Source: Camelus dromedarius
Lineage: Eukaryota
Direction: 5' to 3'
Assembly: GCF_036321535.1 (NCBI RefSeq)
Contig: NC_087436.1
Location: 117,058,001-117,122,000, forward strand
DNA length: 64,000 nucleotides
In this document: in pieces, positions 46,710 to 60,237 of the stretch
How positions within the stretch are numbered: the stretch's first letter is position 1
Layout: each line of letters begins with the position of its first letter
Program-made: the position numbers and the translations under genes
The notes under the pieces: model-generated
Databases searched by the model: none
The model's input: only the letters and a program-made list of their open reading frames with translations
Told to the model about the DNA's origin: nothing

Positions 46710-48229
46710 GTGAGGCCGTGCCCAGGAGCGGCTCTGCCGGCTGGTCCCGGCCGGGAGGGAAGTGTGCGCCCCACTGTGGAGAAGGGGCTCCGCCCTGGGG
46801 GTCTTGGGAACAGCAGGATGCTGGTTGCTTTGGGGATGTGAGTTTAGCAGAGGTGGGAGGCCAGATGCCAAGTTCCCCCGGAGCTGCTGTAAAGCTGGTG
46901 TTTAGGGCCTGAGGTCCAGGGCAGTGGCCCTCGCCCCTGCTATCAGGGTCGTTTGTCCCTATGAGGTCTGCCTCCCTCAGCTGGGAGTTCACCAGCTCTG
47001 TCCTCGCTAGTGAGGCAGGACCGGGAACAGACTGAGTCCCAGGATGGGGCAGGTGGTGGGGCATCGCCACAGACGTGGGGGTCCAGCAGGCCTCAGAGCT
47101 GGACCTTGACAATGTGTGGGATTGGAATGTGGGAATGAGTGTGAGGCCCTTGTGCTGTGTGGTTAGAGCAGGTAAGGCATGAGGGGGTGGTGGGGAGTGG
47201 GAGGAAATGAACTTGGAGAAGTAGGTGGAGCTTGAGTGTGACCCTGACTAAGGATTCTGAGCTGTGCTCTCAAGGGAGGTCTTTCCACAGCAGAGCTGCA
47301 TGTCATCGCCTCCCCACCATGAGCCCTCTCAGGCCAAACCCGCAGCCCTGCTCACTCAGCTGCTTCAGGGCTGTGCGGACAGGCTCCGGAGGGTGTCTGG
47401 GCTTTATAGGGTTTGTGTAGGCCAGGGGCTGGGACAATTGCCCTGGAAGGAAGAGGCCGAGCCAGGCCTCATCCTCCTTAACTGTGTGACTGGCTCACAA
47501 GGTCCAGCGGGGCCTGGTGCCTGCCGCGTCCTGTCGAGGTGGGGTGCTGCTGACGGGGAGTGGGGGCCGGTCCAGTACAGGAGCCACACTGGCCCTCAGT
47601 GCCCGTCCTGTACCTCCGCTCCCATGAAGGTTCACTTGATTTGGCCCTGAGGATGGGGGCGTGGGGACCACCTACCGGACAGACTGCCAGCCCAGTGTGA
47701 TGAGGATAAAGTGGAGGTGTGTGCATCCTGGCACAGAGCTGGTGGAGCTGGGAGGGGTCCCCTGGACAGTCGCTTCACTGGGCCTCCATGCGATGGAGGA
47801 AAATTGCTCTAGAGATTCAGGCATTGCTGTCAGCCCACTCTGTCTTTCTACGAAAGCAGCTTTCCATGGGCCTCTCCGACAGTGGGCCTGGTGGCCGTCT
47901 GACGTGGAGCCTGGATTGTTGGTATCCGGACTGGAGCCACCCTGGGAGCGAGGGAGGCCTGGGCCTGACCACTCACTGCTGCCAGTGGCATGGGCACTGC
48001 TGGCCAGGCTCCGGTTCCTCCCCCAGGTCATCTCAGGACCCCTGTGGGCGTTTACAGTTGTCAGAGAAACCCTTCCCAGCTCTCCTGCCGTGTGCACGTG
48101 AATCCTCGGGTGTTTGGTGCTGAGGTCGGGCAGTGCGTGAGCCCAGGGACAGGCTGGGGTTGGAATAGCAGTTCTCGGCCCTGGCACATGTTCAGATCAG
48201 TAGGGAGCTTCCAAAACAGGCTTGCTGCC

Positions 48230-48465
48230 TGGCCGGCCCCAGCAGGACTCCATCAGAGCCTGCAGGGAGGGCTCTTAGAGGCTGGTACTTGTAAGAGTCA
48301 CCCAGGTGATTCTGGCTCAAGCTTGTAGGTGCATGAGAATCACGTGAGAGGGCCCTCTTGTTAGAAGATGGTAGCTGGGCTGGGCCCCTGTGCTCAGAGG
48401 GCTCACCTGTGGGATGTGCAAGAGCTCGCATTTCTCGCAAGTTCCAGGTGAGGCTGCTGCCCCAG
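48230..48465. mobile_element. MER5-like hAT-Charlie remnant(s)
   Basis: cccaggtgattctg, tgcatgagaatcac, gcatttctcgcaagttccaggtgaggctgctg. Confidence 0.55.
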
Positions 48466-49143
48466 GCAGGGGACGAGCACAAGTCACCAGGCTTCTTGTT
48501 GAGAGCAGTTCTGAGTCCCCGGGCTGTGAGGGATAAGACTCCAGATGGGATCAACGCTGCTCTGAGGACCCGGCTCTAAGTAGAAGGGCTGGTGGATTGC
48601 TGTCCCATGGAAAGGACTTTGGGTCTGTTTACTGGTTCTCCAGTCTCTGAGAACTGCGTGACCTTTCTCGGAAGACACATGCTGGAGTCGCGAGCTGTGC
48701 TTCTGGGTAGAGGACAAGCCATGAGCCGCTCCTAGTACAGAGGCTCCCCCCCGCCGCCTCCTCCCGCTAGCGCCCGGGCACCACTGCTTCGCCGCTGTCG
48801 AGGGTCAGCCCTGGGTGGGGCGCTTCCTCCACGGGTGTGAGCAGCATTTCCTTCTAGGGCGGGAGCTGCCTGGGTCAGGCTGCGCAGACTGGACGCTCTG
48901 CTGCTGGGGCTTCAGTTAGTGTACCCACCCGGGTTGGGGTTGAGTGCCTCGGAGGGAAGGGCATGAATGTCACTGGTTTGTCAGGTGGTCAGTCAGCTCA
49001 GGAGGCTGGTGGGTGGTGTTTCAGGCCCACTGGGGCTGCGGCATTGAGGGCCTCTCCCTCCCCTTCACCCAGGGGAGAGCGGTTGACAGTCACAGGCAGG
49101 GTGGTGTGTCCTCAGCTCACCCGCCCGTCTGTCTTCTCCATAG

Positions 49144-49231
49144 GGTCACAGCAAATCCATCCAGTGCCTGACGGTGCATAAAAACGGCGGCAAGTCGTAC
49201 ATCTACTCTGGGAGCCACGACGGACACATTA
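49144..49231 (+). CDS. WDR1: WDR1 exon 9 (88 nt)
   Basis: ccatag acceptor; [29 protein letters not shown]; followed by U12 donor ATATCCTTT. Confidence 0.97.
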
Positions 49232-50852
49232 ATATCCTTTGACTCACAGGGCTGGCTCCCGGGCCCCTGGCAGGAGAGGCGGGAGTTTCCTGTTCCCACG
49301 GTGCCAGAAGCGAGGCCAGCCAGGTGGCGTCAGGACTCCTGCCCAGTCCTGGCTGCTGAGAGGTGCCACCAGGCCCACACATGGGGCCTCCTGCTCTGGG
49401 CCCTGACCTTGACCTGATGGGTCACTTGTTGTGCAGCCAAGCTTCCCTGAACTGGAGCTGCCTCTCTCCGCGCGGGGCCTGCTGCCGGCCTCGCCCCTCT
49501 CACAAGCAGCAGAATCAATGTGTTAAAATCCAATGGACTTAGAGCCTTTTGGTAGAGTCTCCTTGTTTTAAAAATGGGAAAAGTGAAACTCAGATGGCTA
49601 GGGCACCTTCGCCAACATCGCACCTCCTGGCAGCAGCAGATCTGTGTGGAACTGAGCTTCCCTTCCCTGTGAGGTGCTTTTTGGTCCCTCTGTAATGTCT
49701 CCTGGCACCCCTACAACCAACCCCCTTCTGGTGTTGGGAGGCCTGGAGCCAGTGACCCCTCCTCCCAGGATGGCAAGCGATGGAGCAGTTGTCTGAGGGG
49801 CTAGCCTCAGCAGGGCCTTGTGGCTGCTTTGTTCTGCCATCCCCCGAGGAGGGGCACTGGTGCTGCCTGAGGGGCCTGCCCTCCCTCGTCAGACTGGTTC
49901 CTGGTCTGTCCCAAACCCCGGACTTCTCCCACCTCCACAGCCCTGCCTTGTCTCTGCAGGGCTTCCTCACTGGGAAGGCCTCCCCTCAACCCCAAGGGAG
50001 GAGGGCAGACAAGGTAGTCCACTCCTTCAAGTGTAAGGAGATGGAGGGACAGCAGGGGCATCTTGCCCAAGCCTGCACTATACTTGGGCACAGGAGGCAC
50101 TGGAGCAGCGTGCAGGCCTCCCCAGTCCTGCCGTCCTCAGCTGCCCCAGTGCCGGTCCCCACTTGGCACCGCCCCCTTGTGCCCAACCCTGGTGTCAGCG
50201 CACTGTGGCATTAACCTCCTATAGCACCAAGCTGGGCCTTCCCTCGAAAATGTGTTAGCAGTGGAACATACACGTAGCTTCCTAGGTGGACAGTCTGCAC
50301 TGGAAATGAGTCATCGACTATTGGTGTAAAAGGAAAGTCTCGTAACGTACTACAGCCCACCTCACCGGAGCGCCCCGCACCAGCAGCCCCCGATCTGGCC
50401 CGCCCAGGTGGGTCAGCCCAGGGCCATCTACCTGGTGGCACAGCCATGGGCTGGATCGCAGGCTAGAAAGAGCAGGGGAAGCGTGGGCTCAGTTACACGG
50501 GGCCCCAGGGGACAGCAGCTTCCTGCTGAGCCCCATCTCAGACAGAGCTGAGTCCGTCATCACAGTCCTCACAGTCCTGTGACCTCCCGGGTCCTGTTCT
50601 GTAGATAAGCAGGCTGAGTGGGCACGCTGGGTTATAAGAAGCCTGCTGACACGTGTTGGGCCTTCTTGCTGGTTTACCAGAAGGTCTGCTCTCTGAAATC
50701 TGGACCCAGACATCCTCAAGCCATCTCCCTCAGGCCCAGTGCCCAGTCCCTGTCCCTAACATGCTGCCTGGGACGTGGCACTGGCCCTGGCCTCCCCAGG
50801 GGACAAGCACTGCCTCTTGGAGGCCGGACTCTTCCTTAACCCTCCGCCCCAC
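49232..50852 (+). other. WDR1: U12-type (minor spliceosome) AT-AC intron 9 of WDR1, 1621 nt
   Basis: 5' site ATATCCTTT (49232-49240), branch point TTCCTTAAC (50832-50840), terminal AC (50851-50852). Splicing restores GHI-N-YWD in frame. Confidence 0.97.
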
Positions 50853-51009
50853 ATTACTGGGATTCGGAGACAGGGGAGAACGACTCCTTCGCCGGGAAGG
50901 GCCACACGAACCAGGTGTCCAGGATGACGGTGGACGAGTCCGGGCAGCTGGTGAGCTGCAGCATGGACGACACGGTGCGGTACACCAGCCTCACACTGCG
51001 GGACTACAG
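50853..51009 (+). CDS. WDR1: WDR1 exon 10 (157 nt)
   Basis: [52 protein letters not shown]; gtgaga donor. Confidence 0.97.
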
Positions 51010-52186
51010 GTGAGAGCTGCCCAGGGTCCGGGATGCGCCTCAGCCCCATGGGACCCTTGGCCTGTAGCCGTTACTGCCAGTGACGGCGTTCTCTGCTCCT
51101 CTCTCCTCTTGCCCTGAGCACTCGCTCTCCTAATGCAAGGCCCTTGGCCGGGAGCCCGGTCAGAGTCCAGGCGGCCTGCACAGACCTCAGCCAGGTGCAG
51201 GGTTCCTGGGATGCCGGGTAGAACAGGACAGGCCTGGTCTCACCGTGAGCTCCATCCTCGCTCTGTCCTGTGTGTAGACCCCCGTGTCCTGCTGGACATC
51301 TCACTGGACACGGCTCCTGGAGGACATCTCGGGCACAGTCACACCAGCGTGTCCATGGGCCTCACCTGTCCTGGGCAGGCTAGGCGTTGAGAGTCAGACA
51401 GACCTCCCTGTGAGTGCAGAAGCCACCCCAGGACCCAGGTGTCCAGGCCCTGGTGTCCTCTCCGTGCTGCCTGTAGTGAGCCCCCGGCATTAGCGCATTC
51501 CTCGTGAAGTCCTGCCGAGGGGCCGTGCCGCCATCCTGAGCCTCAGCTGATGAGAGGACCCAGGGCAAAGCCACGCCTGGTCACTTTGTCACAGGGCCCA
51601 TTCACTGAGCCTCAGGGACTCCACACTTGGCCCAGTTATGTGAAATTTTTCTCAGTTTACCATTTTCAAATTTTTCCACGTACAGATTTTTCTAGGATGC
51701 ATTCATAGTTTTAGCCAAAAGTAAAGATAACACAGTTTTTACACATAAAAAATACGGGGTTTATTTTTTAATTACTCTGCGGAGGAGACTGGTTATTCCA
51801 TAGGAATTGGGGGGCGGGCAGAACCCAATTCTGTCTGTACCCAGAGAATGCTGAGGGGTCTGGCTGACACACGTGGGGACAAAAGCCATGACAGGGCAGC
51901 GATGAAGCGGGCCCTTGTCACTGATGAGTGGGAACAGAAAGTACTCCCTTGACTTCTCCCCACCCACTTCCCATCATCACAGCCCCTTCGTGACTCCTCT
52001 TCTCTCTCCCAGAGTCTGAGTCATTTCTTACCCCCTCCCGTGCTTTAGCCAAGGCTCCCTCAGGAGAGACCGCAGCAGAATTTCCTTCTCAGCCACCCAG
52101 ATTGCCGTGGTTCTGCAGTGAGTGAGTGTTTACAGCCACACTGCCCACTTTGAGACTGAAGTAACGACTTTTCCTTCTCTCTGCAG

Positions 52187-52274
52187 CGGACAGGGAGTTG
52201 TGAAGCTGGACGTCCAGCCGAAGTGTGTGGCTGTCGGCCCCGGGGGCTACGCCGTGGTCGTGTGCATTGGGCAG
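52187..52274 (+). CDS. WDR1: WDR1 exon 11 (88 nt)
   Basis: ctgcag acceptor; [30 protein letters not shown]; gtactg donor. Confidence 0.98.
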
Positions 52275-55200
52275 GTACTGCTCCTGCTGGGGTTTGGCTG
52301 GAGGAAGAGGTGGGAGAGCAGGTCCGAGCTGCATTTGTCTGGTCCCCACTTCCCTCTCACCTCCTTTAACCCCATTTCTACTGAGCCCTGCTTGCACCAG
52401 ACTGTGGGCTCCATGGGGCTTCACCAAGCATGGACAGTCCTATCAGTTAGGCATGGCGCCGTCCCCGTCTTACTAGGGAGGAAACCAAGGCTCAGAGGCT
52501 GAGCTACCCAGGGTCTGCGTCCAGCAAAGGCAGAGCTGGGATTTGAAGCTGGGTCAGAGCCCGCACTCGAGCTGCATGTCCACCACCCAGGAGGCCCACG
52601 AGAGGCACAGCCAGGGTGGCTCTGCTGTCTCTCGTGTTCAGATCCGAGCCCTGCAGCCTGGGAGCTGTGTGACCTCAGGCAGTTTCCTCACCCTCTCTGA
52701 GCTTGTGTCCTCATCCCTTGCAGCTCCCGGGGAGGATTAGGAGAAAGTACGTTTTGGGTGACTTGAACCGTCTTCACAAGCAAGCGGGCTGAGGCTTATT
52801 GTGACCGTGACTTCCCGAGGCCACGTGATGGTTGGGGAGGGTAGCACCCAGAATAGGGTTCGGGGTTCCAGCTCTGCAGCCTGGTTCTCATTCAAGGCGG
52901 TAAGGTCTCTACACCCATCTCTTGGAATTTCTGGGACAGATCGCCCTTGACTGAGACCCCGGCCTGACCCACTTTACACAAGACTCTGCTCCATTGTGAA
53001 CACCGTCTGTCAGCAGACCTGGGCGCCCCAGCGTGCGGATCAGAGAAGGCAGGTGTGACGGAGCCCCCGTTGGCATGAGTGGCAAACCTGCCACAGAGAG
53101 CTGTCACCCGGATCCGCCACCCCTCCTCCATTCTCTGAACTTAATTGCTTCGGGGAGAAAGGATTCCTGTGTGTCCTAGATAACACCAACTTCCTGCCAA
53201 GCAATTACTGCTGACAGCCTTGGTGGTCAGTGGGGGTACAAAAGGAATCAGCAGCCCGGAGCATCCTAGCTGGTGGAGGAGAGACTGAAAGTTGACCTTC
53301 TAGAAGGGCAGGCAGAGTGGGCTGCGGCTCCGTGAAGTGGGCACTCCCAGCCTGGTATCTGAGCACCTGGCCTTTGTTGGGGAGAGGTTGGGAGCTGGGG
53401 CTCTGAGTTCCCGGCCCCGCCTTCTCCCGACCATGAGCCTCAGTCTCCTGTCCGCGGAGCTGCGGTCGGGACAGGCTGTCCTCTGAAGCCCTCGCCAGGC
53501 TCACGCGAGGACGTTCAGAGAGGGGCCACCTGGTGCTCTGCTTGGGAGGGGCCAGCACAGGCAGGGTTCTCCCCTGGGCCCCACAGATTCCAAGGAGTCT
53601 GGGGGCCTTGGGGTCAGGTGTGGTGATGGTTCTGTGACAGGCCGTAGCTCCCCCAGTTCCCTAGGGCTCCCTGACCGCCGCTCCAGGAAGAGGGCTTCTG
53701 TAGAACTCCCCTTTGCTGCAGAATGTGCTGGAAGGGGCCCGTGATCGTAGGTCAGGGAGCAGCCACGCTCCAGTCTCTCCTCTTCGGCAGATCTGCGCAG
53801 TTGCCCGCAGCCTTTGTCTGTCAGGTATAGGTGTGTAAGGGCCCTGCCTGAGCTGGGCAGTTGATGGAGTGAGTGTCTCTCCAGGTGCAGTGTCAGTAAC
53901 AGATCTCAGTGAGGGTGCTGCCGCCTCCCCAGCCCCACAGCACAGCCCACAGTACACCCCCGGGCGGTGCAGGGTCAGGGGGCTGGGGCAGCTGGTGGCT
54001 TGAGCGGGGATACAGTGGGGTGAAGCCATAGTCGTCACAAGTGGAGGCCAAGCTGTCTGGTCAGTCCAGTGAGTTAGAACCGGGAGGCGTGGTGAGGAGC
54101 GGCAGTGGTGGGGACAGTGTGGGGTCCCCCGTCCTGGGGGGTCCTGGGCTGTGTGCCAGAGGGCAGAAGGCACAGCATGGTGGCCAGAGCAGAGATTTGG
54201 GGTCCTGCCGCCTGGGCGTGAGCTCCAGCTCAGCTCTGAGAGCTGTGGGGTGTCAGCCCATGGACAATGCCCTGAACCTCATTTTCTCCTGTCTGCCCGG
54301 AGGTGCGCCTGCCATCCTGGGGTCACCACGCATGGCAAGACTAGTGGCTCACACTAGGTGGACTCTAGCTGCTGTTTTTGTTTGCTTTGATTAGAGACTG
54401 TATTTACCCTGAGCACTGAATTCCGTCTTCGGGGTGGGTAGGCACCACTGGGTTCTTAACCCCTGGGAGGAGGAGGCTCAGGATGGTTCTAGGTGGCTGA
54501 GCCAGGACCAGGGCCTTTCTGTGGTGCCTGGACACCAGGGCGCTCTGCCCGCCTGAGTTCTCTGTCCTGCCGAGTCAAGTAGGAGGGGGAACCAAGGCAG
54601 GTGCTGGCTGGGGCTTGTGGAGGGGTAGCGGATGCCACCAGGCCACTTGGCCAGGAGCCGTCTGTCTGTCCTTCCCTCCCTGCCGGGGCTGGAGGCTGGC
54701 AGAGAGCAGAGGGCCTCTGAGAATCTGGGAATCCCCACGCTGCCGTCCACCTGCTGGAGTCAGCAGCCGGGGGCCCCAGTTTTCTCTGTAGAACAGGCAC
54801 CAGCACTGTCCCAGGCTGTGGGGACTCACACACTGCAGGTCCAGATTGTAAAAGGTATTTCTTTGGACCTGAGAACTTGGAAGTCTAGCCTGTCCTGTTC
54901 GTTTTTAGTGTCGGCTTTGAGCCCTGTCACCCTTCAGTGCTGTGTCTTCTTGAACCCATGAGAACTCTGCTCAGCAAAGCTCGTTTATTATGCTCACTGT
55001 GCAGTTGGAGAAATGAAAGCTCAGGTGTCGGATGGCTTTCTAGGAACTCAGTGCTGGTGGTGACAGCAGCGTCATTATGTAGCCGTGACAGTGATGATGG
55101 TGATACAGCCAGTGTTCATTCCGACACTGTGACGAGGAACTGTCACTGGCATTGTTGACGGATGACAGACCCTGTGTGACACCACAGGGTCACAGGGCCA

Positions 55201-55350
55201 GGACTGATCCCACTTACGGTGGCTGAGCCCCGGTGCTGCCCTTCCCTACCCCATGCCACCCCCGAAAGTTTCAGGACAGCGCCCAGCCCAGGCCTGAACC
55301 ATCCATCCCGGGGCCTCTGCGCCTCTAACGGCTGCCCACGTGTTTCCTAG

Positions 55351-55461
55351 ATTGTCCTGCTGAAGGACCAGAGGAAGTGCTTCAGCATCGACAACCTCAG
55401 CTACGAGCCCGAAGTGGTGGCGGTGCATCCCGGCGGCGAGACAGTGGCCATCGGGGGCGCG
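55351..55461 (+). CDS. WDR1: WDR1 exon 12 (111 nt)
   Basis: cctag acceptor; [37 protein letters not shown]; gtaagt donor. Confidence 0.98.
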
Positions 55462-57480
55462 GTAAGTCCCTGCCCCATGCCCTCTGCCCTGGGGTATCCA
55501 GGCAGAGGGAGGGCGTGGCAGCCAGCCGGGGAGCCTCCTGCTGCCCGAACAAGAGCCCCCCCACACCCCTGGGTGATGCAGCGTGTCCTGAGAGACCAAG
55601 GGTCCTGGCAGCGGGGTGGGCTGTGCTCGGGGACTCGGGCAGGGACGCTTGCCCTGGGCATCAGCCCTGTGAGCACTTGGGAGCTCATGGGTGCAGCACC
55701 TGGGAAAAGAGCTGGCTCCGAGCTGGGCCCGTCCTCAGCCGGGCTCAGGGGCGCAGAGAGGAGAGCAGCCTGAGAATCCTCGCACCTGGGAGGTGAGGTG
55801 TCAGCCTCAGGGTTTCCTGGTTTCCCCGGAGTCTGGCTTCCTGTTGCCCGCAGTTCTGGGCAGCTCCTCTGTCACCTGCTCTTCCCCCTCTAGGTGTCCT
55901 CGACACACCTCCACCTTTTAGAAGGCAGCTCTCAGCCAGGGCCCTGGTTGGGGGCTCAGGGTCAGATGTGGGGTTCCAGCCCTATCCCCCCCCCCCCCGC
56001 ATACGGCCACACCCTGCCCTTTAGACCTTTGCTTTTCCTCTTAAAAAAGAGAGAGAGATGGCCTGATGGTCCGTCGCCTCAGCCGGTGCCTCCGGGTATT
56101 GGCAGTTTCACCTTCCCGGGTGTCCTCAGCCCTGGGCCTGTGTGTCTTAGTCAGGCACACACGTACATGTCCGCGTTTACACCGCGTGTCCCCTTGTCCC
56201 ACACACACCGGTCTGCACTTACTTTGTTGACGTTACAAAGTTCCAGCAAGTAGCCGTCCCGTCACTCACGCCACCTGATGGCAGATGTCTGCGCTGTGGG
56301 GCCTGGAGATGTCCCCTGTGCCGTCTGTGAGCACAACCTTCTCCCCTCGAATGTTGTCTCCTCCTCACACGACCTCAAGCCCAGACTCCTGCCACGTGTG
56401 GCATTGAGTGGGCTTGTCACCGACCTCGAGGACTCTGTGCTCAGAGCCCCGGCCTGGGGCTGGCCTCACCGTTCCTCCCGTGTTACAGGCGGGGCAGGAG
56501 CGCATCAAGATGCAGCCAGGGGACCTTGTGACTGTTGGGCATGCTGACAGCTCAGCTGCCCCCAGAGGGACCCACCCCATCACCCCCGTTCCTTCTCTGT
56601 CAGTCTCATCTGCTCTCTCTCCACCTTCATTAGTTCATGCAGTGTGTGTTACACTTCCAGGCCCTGAACAGGGCTCTGGGGCAGAAAATCAGGGGGCTCC
56701 CTGCCCTGGAGGGCAGGTGGCTGAGGTGCGTCCACCTTGGTGGGGGTTCCCAAAGGTCAGCACAGATGCCCAGAAGCCCCCTGCATGCTCCAGCTGAGGG
56801 GAGTCCAGCTCAGGCATTGGGCATCCCTGACCCAAGGACCCTGGGGCTGGGGACGGCCGGTGGGGGATGCCTCCCAAGGAGAGGCGCCTGGACACCACAG
56901 GGATGGGGTTTGTTAGGAGACGGGCTGGACGGGGCAGGGAGGGGAGCCTGGTGCCTGAGGGGCCCTGCCGGGTTAGCGAAGGGCTGTGGGGCACAGGGCA
57001 CAGGTGGAGGGGACGGCCACCTTAGGGGCCTTCCTGGAGAGCTCACTTGTGAACAGATGCTTCTCAAAGTTTGCCTGTGAACACCTGCACCAGAACCTCC
57101 TGGAATATTTGTGGAAGAGCCAGAGTCCTGAGCACCCAGAGAGGCAGAATCAGAATTAGGGGTGCCTGGGACCCTGCATTTTAATGCAACTAATTTAAAT
57201 ATAATTTTAAAGCAATTGAACGTAGAGTACTGTAATTCTGCCCACGTGCTAAGCCGTGAGGACTGCTGCAGGGTTGTAGGAGGCGCTGTCTGGTGCCGTG
57301 AGGAAGGAGGAGCCTCTCTCCTGGCACAGGGGCTGAGCAGGGACAGTGGTGGGGGAAATACTGTTTATTTCTGGTACCCTGGACCCTCTCTCCAAAAAGA
57401 AGGGTATCAGGAATGCGTGTGTGTGCGTGTGTGCATGCACACCTGTCAGGCGAGTGACCCGCTGCCCCTGTGTCCTGCAG

Positions 57481-57654
57481 GATGGGAACGTCCGCCTGTA
57501 CTCCATCCTGGGCACCACGCTGAAGGATGAGGGCAAGCTCCTGGAAGCCAAGGGCCCCGTGACCGACATGGCGTATTCCAACGACGGCGCCTTCCTCGCC
57601 GTCTGCGATGCCAGCAAGGTGGTCACGGTCTTCAGCGTTGCTGATGGCTACTCG
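57481..57654 (+). CDS. WDR1: WDR1 exon 13 (174 nt)
   Basis: ctgcag acceptor; [58 protein letters not shown]; gtgagt donor. Confidence 0.98.
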
Positions 57655-59273
57655 GTGAGTGGGCGGGTCACCCTCTCTGTCCCTACCCTCGGCAGCGCAG
57701 GTGGCAGATGCACAGGACACGTGCGGCTTTATTGCTCCGAGAATGTGAGTGATGAGGGCCCAGAAGACTCCCCATCGTCCGGCAGCCGGCGGGCTCCTCC
57801 ATCCTCCAGGTAGAATAGTTGCCAGAAAGGGAAGGACCTCGTTGGCCTGACCACGTGACTTCCCGGACCTGATTTTTCTCCTTGTCCAAGGGCTTAGACT
57901 AGATTTTTCCCGAGTCACATTGCTGTTAAAGTCCTGTAAACTGTGAGCACTCAGAGGTGGGTTCTGGGAGGAACAGCTTCAGAGGCCCTGGAAGCTCATC
58001 CCACTCTGAGCAGGATGGTGAGGGCGCTGGCTTGTGAGGGGCAAGTGTCCCGTGTCGGCACCAGGCACTCTGTGCCAGGCAGCAGTAGCCCCGTTTCACC
58101 AATGAGACTGCACTCTGGAGGGACTCGGTCCCTGCTGGATGTGGGAGAGCTGGTGTGACATGAGACAGGTGGACAGTCCTCTAGTCCTTGGACACTTAGG
58201 ACAGTTTGAAATAGACAGCAGAGTCAAAAGGATTTACCACCTGGATGCTACCTTGGCCATTTACTATGTCACGTTATCCATCTAATAATCTAATTTTGGG
58301 TGCATTTAAAGTCAATTATAGGCATCTGTACATTTCTCCATTAACACTTCAGCTTACATATTATTAATTAGAGTTCGGTGGTTCCTTAGTTCTATCTTTG
58401 TCTATAAAGTTTACATAAAACGAAAAACAAACGTGGACAGAAGTATACGCATCCCTGTGCCCGCACCTCCCGTCCACACCTCCATCAGTGTGAAGAACCT
58501 CCGACCTCCCAGGAGGTTCCCTTCCACCTCCGTAGCACAGTTCTCAGGTTCTGCATTTATCACATTTTAAGTGACAAATGCATGTAACAGGCTGAGTAAC
58601 CTGCAGGAGTAGAACAGGAGATGGAAGAGGCAAACGTGAAAAAGAAAGTCATGGTGAATCTAGGAATTAAGAACAAGACAAATGCTTTGCAGTAGAAGCG
58701 TTCCTAAAGCTTAAGTTAGACAGTGTGACTTCTCCACACCCACCCCCTGTGGTAAGGCGCTGCCTTGAGGCTGGGACACGCCGTAGACACAGCCACGCAC
58801 AGGGCGCCGCCCCTCGCCTGCAGGCCCACCCCCAGGCTCCGGGGTGAGGAGGTGTGTGTCTGCGGGGAGAGGCGCCCACCCCCATCCCGCTCACACATGA
58901 ACGGAGCACCGTCCACGCCAGGCAGGACCTCCTTGCCTCCATTCCTGCGTTTCCATCTGTCCTCTTACTAGGCCCAGAGCTCCGCAGGCAAGTGGGCACG
59001 TGAAGCCCATGTGATACAGGCTGCGAGGGCAGCTCTGGGGGCCTGTGGGCTGCTGGTTGATCTCTGGTTGCACCTTTTTGTGCCTCCGCACAGCAGGCAC
59101 CCTGGGGTGGTTACGAGGAGCTTGTGAGGTGGTGAGGGTTTCAGGAGCCTGGCACAGAGAAAGTATTCCGTGCGTGCTGGCTCTCGTTACTGTCACCGGG
59201 AGGGTTAGAGGAGGTGACACCCACTGACTCTGCCTGAACCCTGACCACCTGCCTGATTTCAACCCACATCCAG

Positions 59274-59418
59274 GAGAACAACGTCTTTTATGGACACCAT
59301 GCAAAGATCGTCTGCCTGGCCTGGTCTCCAGACAACGAGCACTTTGCCTCAGGTGGCATGGACATGATGGTGTACGTGTGGACCCTCAGTGACCCTGAGA
59401 CCAGGGTCAAGATCCAAG
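59274..59418 (+). CDS. WDR1: WDR1 exon 14 (145 nt)
   Basis: ccag acceptor; [48 protein letters not shown]; gtgagt donor. Confidence 0.98.
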
Positions 59419-59661
59419 GTGAGTCGTGTACCTGCCTCGGCTCCCCAGACAACTCCAGAGCGGCGTTCTCAGGCCCCATGGTCCCTTCTGTGCTTTGCGG
59501 GGGTGGCTTCGTGGCGGCCTGGGTCTCCAGCAAACATCAGCTTTGCTGGTCCATGTGGATTTGCAGAAGGACCGAGGGCGCCCGTGTGTCCAGCATGAGA
59601 GCAGGTGGTCTGCATACCCGGGGTACCCGCTGAGCAAAGGGCTTTTCCTGACACCTCCTTC

Positions 59662-59971
59662 TGCCTTAGTGTGTTCAGGCTCCTATCAAAATGCCCACAC
59701 TGGGCAGCTCATAAAGCACAGAAATCTCCTCATGGATCTGGAGGCTGAAGTCAAGGATCTAGTTCCCGGATGGCCAGGGAGGGTCCCCTTCCAGGTCACA
59801 GACTTCTTATGAAGTGTCCTCACATGATGGAAGGAGCCTCTCTTATAAAAGCGCTAATCCCATTTGTCACTTAGGCTCGTCCGGAAGGCCCCACCTCCCA
59901 CACCATTGCCTTGGACATTAGGTTTTCAATTTAGGAATTTTGGTGGGGACACCAACAGTCAGACCACAGCA
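59662..59971 (-). mobile_element. MLT1A-like LTR, antisense
   Basis: tgccttagtgtgttcaggct...ctggaggctg...gtgtcctcacatg...ctaatcccatt...ggaattttggtggggacac...tcagaccacagca. Confidence 0.85.
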
Positions 59972-60039
59972 CTGCCCTTTCCCCACCCACCCCAACCCCT
60001 TCAGTCTAAACTCATGACCAGATTCTTGGTCTCTAGGAC

Positions 60040-60237
60040 TGCAGCTCCCATAAAAGTATAACGTGACTATGTATGGACTTGGCATTTTTCTAGCAGTTAC
60101 GTTTTAGACAGAAACCAGTGGAATTATTCTTAATAGTAAATTTTATTTAACTCAATACATTATTTTCACATGTGACAGTAGCTCACTTCAAGGGCTCCGT
60201 GGCCACAGGTGGCTCGCGGCCCTGGGTGGGACCACAA
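60040..60237. mobile_element. MER3/MER33-like hAT remnant
   Basis: tttttctagcag, ttttatttaactcaata, tagctcacttcaagggctccgtggccacaggtggct. Confidence 0.55.

Noticed and set aside
58460..58535. Five ACCTCC hexamers at irregular spacing
   Set aside because: Too short and irregular for an array; not CRISPR-like; probably decayed L1 or low-complexity sequence.
59271..59276. CAGGAG tandem acceptor at exon 14
   Set aside because: CAG strongly outcompetes a downstream GAG; the effect would be loss of one Glu; no evidence of use.
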